From assembly GCA_043806935.1 (NCBI GenBank), contig JAZDGP010000016.1, forward strand, positions 1 to 45,927: a stretch of 45,927 nucleotides of DNA, given 5' to 3'. This document shows positions 44,301 through 45,927 of the stretch, in pieces. The notes under the pieces were generated by a model. It was not told the origin of the DNA, made no database searches, and saw only the letters and a list, made by a program, of their open reading frames with translations. The stretch is from a bacterium. Lineage in GTDB: Bacteria; Patescibacteriota; Patescibacteriia; JAZDGP01. Each line of letters starts with the position of its first letter. Position 1 is the stretch's first letter. The position numbers and the translations under genes were made by a program.

Positions 44301-45927
44301 TCCTGTTGGCCTCCGTTCTTCCGGTCGTCCCACGTAAGTCCAGATCTTAGCGCCGTCATACCTGCAGAGCCGCAAATCCCAATAATTGTACTTAGCGCGA
44401 TCCACGCACTCAGCGTACAATTTTCCGCCAAATGTCAGCATGGTGTAACGTGAATTGTCTTGAGGGTACGCTGTGCCAATTGACGTCCATTGATTATTGC
44501 CGTCATAACGATAAATTCCATAGTCACTAACCTGGGCATGCAACAGTCCGTTATAAACTAACAATTTAAAAACTACGTTAGAGAAAGATTTAAACTCTTT
44601 CCAGTCTCCAACTGCCCAATCTTCAGTGTCGTTATTCTGCTTCTCCAGCACGTACACCTTGCCAGGATTAATATCCGTCGCTCCGTACAGCTTATTCTGG
44701 TAAACAACAGTTGTTGCAAAATAAGGACGCCCTCCAGGCACTACTCCAATGCTCACGAACTGATTGCCGTTAAATCTATAAATCTTTCCTCCAGCTGACG
44801 TGTATAATTTACCGTTAAAGACAAATAATCCAACGCCATTGCCACCGCTAAAAGGAGTGAAAGGTATTGGTTTAATCACTTCAGAACCAGCTGCTAGCGA
44901 TTCGCCAGCCCCGATCTGCCCGTCTGACCAAGACACATTCTGTTGTCCCAACTCACTCCCCTGGTACTGTTTATTAGTAATCTCCACATGGTCAGTAGCT
45001 TCAGGCTGTCCTCCAAATCCTTCTCCAAACAGAGCGATGGGATCACCTGGATAAGCTTGCTTGCTGTAAGAACTGCCCTGCTGTCCCAATGGGTATGACT
45101 TGATATTGCAAAGCCCTGGCGCTAATGGTTCCTCCGCTCTCACATTAAACGTCTTGCTATTCTTGTTAGTCACCACCTGTTCTCCCTCATTCTCCACTTG
45201 TACAAAGTACGTAACCGCTCCCACCGGAACTTTGGTGATAATAGTCGTGTCTGACCAAGTCTCCCCACACGTCGCTGGCAAAGGAGCAGCCTCAAGCCAA
45301 CTACCAACACAAGAACCGTTATTAACTTCAGAACAGAATCTCACAAAAGACTTATCTCCCTTTCTCCCAAACCCCTGCCCAGTAATCGTCACCCAGCTTC
45401 CAACTGGACCATGATCAGGTTCCAGAGAAATAATCTTAGGAGGCGTATGGAACGAAGCCTCATTGCTTACATTGTCTGGCGTAACCACCGCTACCTGCGC
45501 GTTGCCTTCACTGACGTAAATGCCTTTCTCCGGAACACCAGGGAGTTCCACTACTATCTCATTATTAGTCCAACTGGAAAGATCATCCACGGTTGCGTTT
45601 AACCGTCCGCTGTCAATCTTGGTGAAACTCAATCCAGTCGCCGCTGGCTGGCTCTGCGCTCTGGCTGGCAACGGCGTCCAAGCAAAAGATTTTCCTTGTG
45701 CTTGGGTGATCACTCCCTTTGCGTAATAATTAGCAATCTCTGTTTCAGACAATGTCCGGTTGAATATCGCCACCTCGTCGATTAAACCGTCAAAAGAAGT
45801 GGCGCCGCTCCTACCGATCCAGATTGGATCAGCGGTGTAGGTAAGGGTGCCTCTCCAATTATTCGACCGCTCTGGGTTGTTGTGCACGCCGTCAAGATAC
45901 AGCCGCTGTTGTCCATCCTTATAAGTA
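35346..45927 (-). CDS. Giant mosaic exoprotein of more than 3,526 aa; N-terminus lies outside the window
   Basis: It is a single open frame. The codons upstream of the track's GTG (45887) remain open (..TYKDGQQRLYLDG-VHNNPERS..) and continue a LamG-like domain. Recognisable modules are LamG, IPT-like, Kelch-like and FG-GAP propellers, CGDG..CD Cys-rich repeats, CarboxypepD_reg-like units and Ig-like tandem repeats. Confidence 0.85.
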   Translation of the reverse strand, partial: TYKDGQQRLYLDGVHNNPERSNNWRGTLTYTADPIWIGRSGATSFDGLIDEVAIFNRTLSETEIANYYAKGVITQAQGKSFAWTPLPARAQSQPAATGLSFTKIDSGRLNATVDDLSSWTNNEIVVELPGVPEKGIYVSEGNAQVAVVTPDNVSNEASFHTPPKIISLEPDHGPVGSWVTITGQGFGRKGDKSFVRFCSEVNNGSCVGSWLEAAPLPATCGETWSDTTIITKVPVGAVTYFVQVENEGEQVVTNKNSKTFNVRAEEPLAPGLCNIKSYPLGQQGSSYSKQAYPGDPIALFGEGFGGQPEATDHVEITNKQYQGSELGQQNVSWSDGQIGAGESLAAGSEVIKPIPFTPFSGGNGVGLFVFNGKLYTSAGGKIYRFNGNQFVSIGVVPGGRPYFATTVVYQNKLYGATDINPGKVYVLEKQNNDTEDWAVGDWKEFKSFSNVVFKLLVYNGLLHAQVSDYGIYRYDGNNQWTSIGTAYPQDNSRYTMLTFGGKLYAECVDRAKYNYWDLRLCRYDGAKIWTYVGRPEERRPTGYAALGDTLYVGGGSSVPTDKANVYRYEGPDKWTPVGRLGQDTYAHQLVVFNNKLYGVGYPSGYLYRYDGGEKWAAIGRLSMYVADPLWGTAVYNDKLYVLNAYRGRALEIGKTTGRVFSEIFLQVPTPKSNSSLVTSDFNKDGKMDIATNAGVSLGNGDGTFQIMIPFEQTLSAVIAGDFTGDRKADVIGILTSNRTIMYLLEGNGDGTFKVGRQITGGEGLPDELPYPRSPLSGDFDRDGKLDFLVANHSGSTNFHQTTLDNYFKVFMNNGDGTFRQLDKQQLPARADVYLQAYYQGTLGDFDRDGILDVAFVPWAQFSPVAVYFGNGDGTFREQESSRIQNSGGRGSIASGDVNNDGKTDLVVLAADDKRTVATYLGNGDGSFQTKPISIATGAAGTNGALEHTLVLADYNGDGKLDLSAVGGGTLKVYLGNGDGTFKRDDIPYPVIPGGGFDFHNPMGIMQGAAVDVNNDGRLDYLGTMYMDVVGYINASSSAGQLKVADDAVSGLVRVVKDKPVLTGKVSCPEGSIIVGNMCYDNINPATAPIPETQPKLITSNPLPLTVLNIRDQLMVSGQQPEPGADNVCRNSIVQFSIGGKYCPANTTELADGNCQDSDGKIVVKELVDPLSINDGTVRLAAVRDSCGAGEEEWSGVEAPAGSKYCLQLGARAKLLDDNRTVKISLGSLVLEPTTKYAVAVDGRNNGPRGVDGAILPQTMVWTFTTGQNVCRIGQIDMEVFLNNVPQPDSVVFSKFSDVATVRAVAYDDQGRPLEANYNWLLDPGASAVSVIDGANNSQTVTVKPKNQTDGLGSETFGSGLLAVVAKPNSNQVDPTVATVPIAAKFCELPWSLDDSKFNFKLSYCRGQKESPSRLPSLVNDTQQEGEFTETTSGIIRKDSASTKPNQAELLREYLLPVVGQSSDVLGIRVFSNPEQLPLANWYQKYAPNPGNPRSLTVGGFPALQDGRSTYVFAFNLTKTGGSATPGESGGKVQSYWWKEFIGWMKDLLANKFAQAATLPKLYTNVYLISYNDGATAETQQVYKALLANWRFLSNHEDSSGVLLRSLQRDFQRYVDLRSIANGLESYQRTHNGFYPALTSGTYVKNNTNSRWPSWQKTLGKELNISLPVDPQNTFGDTVSSKLTPTVKIATNWCDQDDTVTFTEEGRAWGLNETWQSERPVAASTTTKVLARRSDGQAAAWLYTPNPRYRNSGYLRLYDQKDSQPPTADHFYDICSTSLYDLSGRADCDATDLVSAKPNRLVYYDPNFRMTDYDDWTGSYVSNYSVGNGQNNLVKYLENKGFTKTSAYDLAAFMADDSNGAGTVVVLPMTAPYTIVGTLDPQSLVRKYMERGGRVVSLGDAPFAYTVYPDRTEKNWSGGRVEDRGNVSLQQDNLKILPAFAACGTVDFKGYNVFALEDSGPCPGSDPQTCWDQSKLKFTCPVGSRVYSYKFKNLSYNLSAQFDNPGIDFGFSGDLRVAQYLFECGASAREGYCGDGAYQVGPEQCELDAKNFSRDVCSVLSYDLGGNIDWHDAPKVQTCSRKEGNLCQWSESASAYDPINPLLSCGGYCGDNIVQTEFNEVCDKNAVSASGANYFCFEQAADAPQCNDICSEVECTNGLPTYCGSGSSFFSYSLVNKRTGGTVSGGMITVTDRGGNDSRIAAKYNLTNGTVVQGAADVNFVGCDNNGKNCGGVNGFLPTSLHSLNELCGYGVIGEKQDYTPATDVRGGEDYVLSLELEPETYCGDGIVQTPNVEGVSEVCDPGTGTPGLETAHCLGGQDISSNLTCQPEVCQPVCAVGTPIVCSGAGNGTMNFMVTNIETGTAVNGVQIILTDTVGAVQTSGGVSIPEVPYRAPGDSQCGYQAMVGAAGYQLKTLTNENKINFTSSTGSIEVKMSPTCGIGNGARTIAGDITAKLPDGSTEKVGEATVELKLVDGSVVATTTANSNGRYGFSQVAYTGNCQYQVTASKTGYAATNSGLFSVSKVLTVKHIQLQALCGNGAVDTGEICDPANNETRGVSCPLEHGSGIRPCRPYGDALACQGFLETCEATKCDNQSVLFNKQCVPYNQSNDGSNTVAGTPFGDCHEEGNGSYCFSTPGNWQYQFTLPFIPTNEGGGYVSLETPKETLWQKAIGLFSGRKATPTSAVVTKNSKPYVRITTKNYNDDLSGWTDTNWNGMLKFDVSLIEPTSGGEEDKVEDKVTGWWKSLVARVFGPRAVTPTAALVGPPVVSLTAGKETIVEGERVDLSWTASGATTGSITPTVGSIPVINGSGIETVCPIASATYTLSATNASKQTSQATAAVTIGGTSSGPAVTLDVSKTEITVGESVTLSWTTDRVASASLTDIGSLDTSRCDGSFIVTPSAVGQHTYTITGMDSLKRNVTVSVIITASLTATGPKITSLSVSPLGVPVGGTATVFWTTEDATKVVLKDLITGEQWTSLPMSGSKDVQPTANTTYRLIVDDGIDSVVRDITVSVTPPPVITSFTASPSASGIGKPVMLFWTTDNASTSVRIDPGVGEVSPKSGGLVIVNPTIATEYTLTAVGPSGTTTETVAVTMTGAPTATFEAQPSFITPGSSSNLVWTAGNYPESASIDPTVGNVSPASGGSATVTPASTTTYTLTVHGLDGVVEKTATVMVGNKRLLGTYQVPAKSHTWTVPLGDLPKTGTYGLLLEWKNDYYCPNSNPKCGGVTRDANAMIEKVEFVLGESYAPTDSCNDGTIGSSEICDQNYSYCTNSYTMVGRRLCANSCAAYGTTCEALVCYEPGSLSNNQCVMPKSRILGKDYVSGFLNDTELKAQDVDGWMAKYDGVSSTNYGKSVFDITADKMMAGKNALVLKGNNTTPGNSAIGVIGTFYSPVVNSSLKTGVGNGWKCKNIAPDVANKTWKEREYDDSLWSTAVLSGGEYYQSPGNRCGNGWPTHIGESGATWITDTANTYCYAGADTYCRYSWNCGDGTVQWPEKCDDESRNGNNGCCNTTCTQDTQGSCSGVE
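36410..37637 (-). repeat. Five tandem, diverged ~82-aa Ig-like modules inside the giant ORF (coordinates approximate)
   Basis: The recurrent pattern is P.I.S..A.P..I..G....L.W.T..A....I.P..G.V...G...V.P...T.Y.LTA......T..V.V. Examples are VITSFTASPSASGIGKPVMLFWTTDNAS... and ATFEAQPSFITPGSSSNLVWTAGNYPES... Confidence 0.7.
42865..43890 (-). repeat. Seven FG-GAP/VCBS-type repeats (putative 7-bladed propeller) inside the giant ORF
   Basis: The Ca-loop motifs are DFNKDGKMD, GDFTGDRKAD, GDFDRDGKLD, GDFDRDGILD, GDVNNDGKTD, ADYNGDGKLD and VDVNNDGRLD. Each is followed by ...GNGDGTF. Confidence 0.75.
43975..44840 (-). repeat. Seven Kelch-like repeats (putative second propeller) inside the giant ORF
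   Basis: The repeats are FNGKLYTS..IYRFNG, YQNKLYGA, YNGLLHAQ..IYRYDG, FGGKLYAE..LCRYDG, LGDTLYVG..VYRYEG, FNNKLYGV..LYRYDG and YNDKLYVL. Confidence 0.65.

Noticed and set aside
1-45927. CRISPR arrays, rRNA genes, IS elements, transposases, integrases and prophage genes
   Set aside because: I looked for regularly spaced direct repeats, conserved rRNA strings, and DDE or tyrosine-recombinase-like ORFs, and saw none.

Overview
This is a gene-dense 45.9-kb segment (about 90% coding). Almost all genes sit on the minus strand and many have 4-nt start/stop overlaps. The core is housekeeping. It includes a pentose-phosphate cluster (rpiB-rpe-split tkt), a DsbA/CcdA pair, gatCA, rpsL-rpsG-fusA, murC, an S2P protease, rpmB, split comEC, prfB with its +1 frameshift, htrA, nrdR, ftsAZ, dgkA and ybeY. 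Two giant ORFs take up about 35% of the window. One is a 1,789-aa coiled-coil/TM protein coupled to murC. The other is a mosaic exoprotein of more than 3,500 aa that is still open at the window edge. The only clear accessory block is a plus-strand island directly after tRNA-Pro(GGG). It encodes an m5C methyltransferase, a PD-ExK nuclease, Vsr and a 62-aa ORF. Other points are listed below.
- A roughly 370-bp non-coding locus has its own promoter, a terminator and nested helices.
- A B12-type radical SAM gene has a CX5CX2C cluster motif.
- Two small insertions are bracketed by direct repeats.
- TATAAT boxes recur 6-8 nt upstream of start codons, which suggests leaderless mRNAs.

UGA is used as a stop codon and RF2 is present, so the standard bacterial code applies. 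The gene content and architecture suggest a small-genome Patescibacteria/CPR-like bacterium, but that is inference only. No rRNA, CRISPR array, transposase or integrase was seen.
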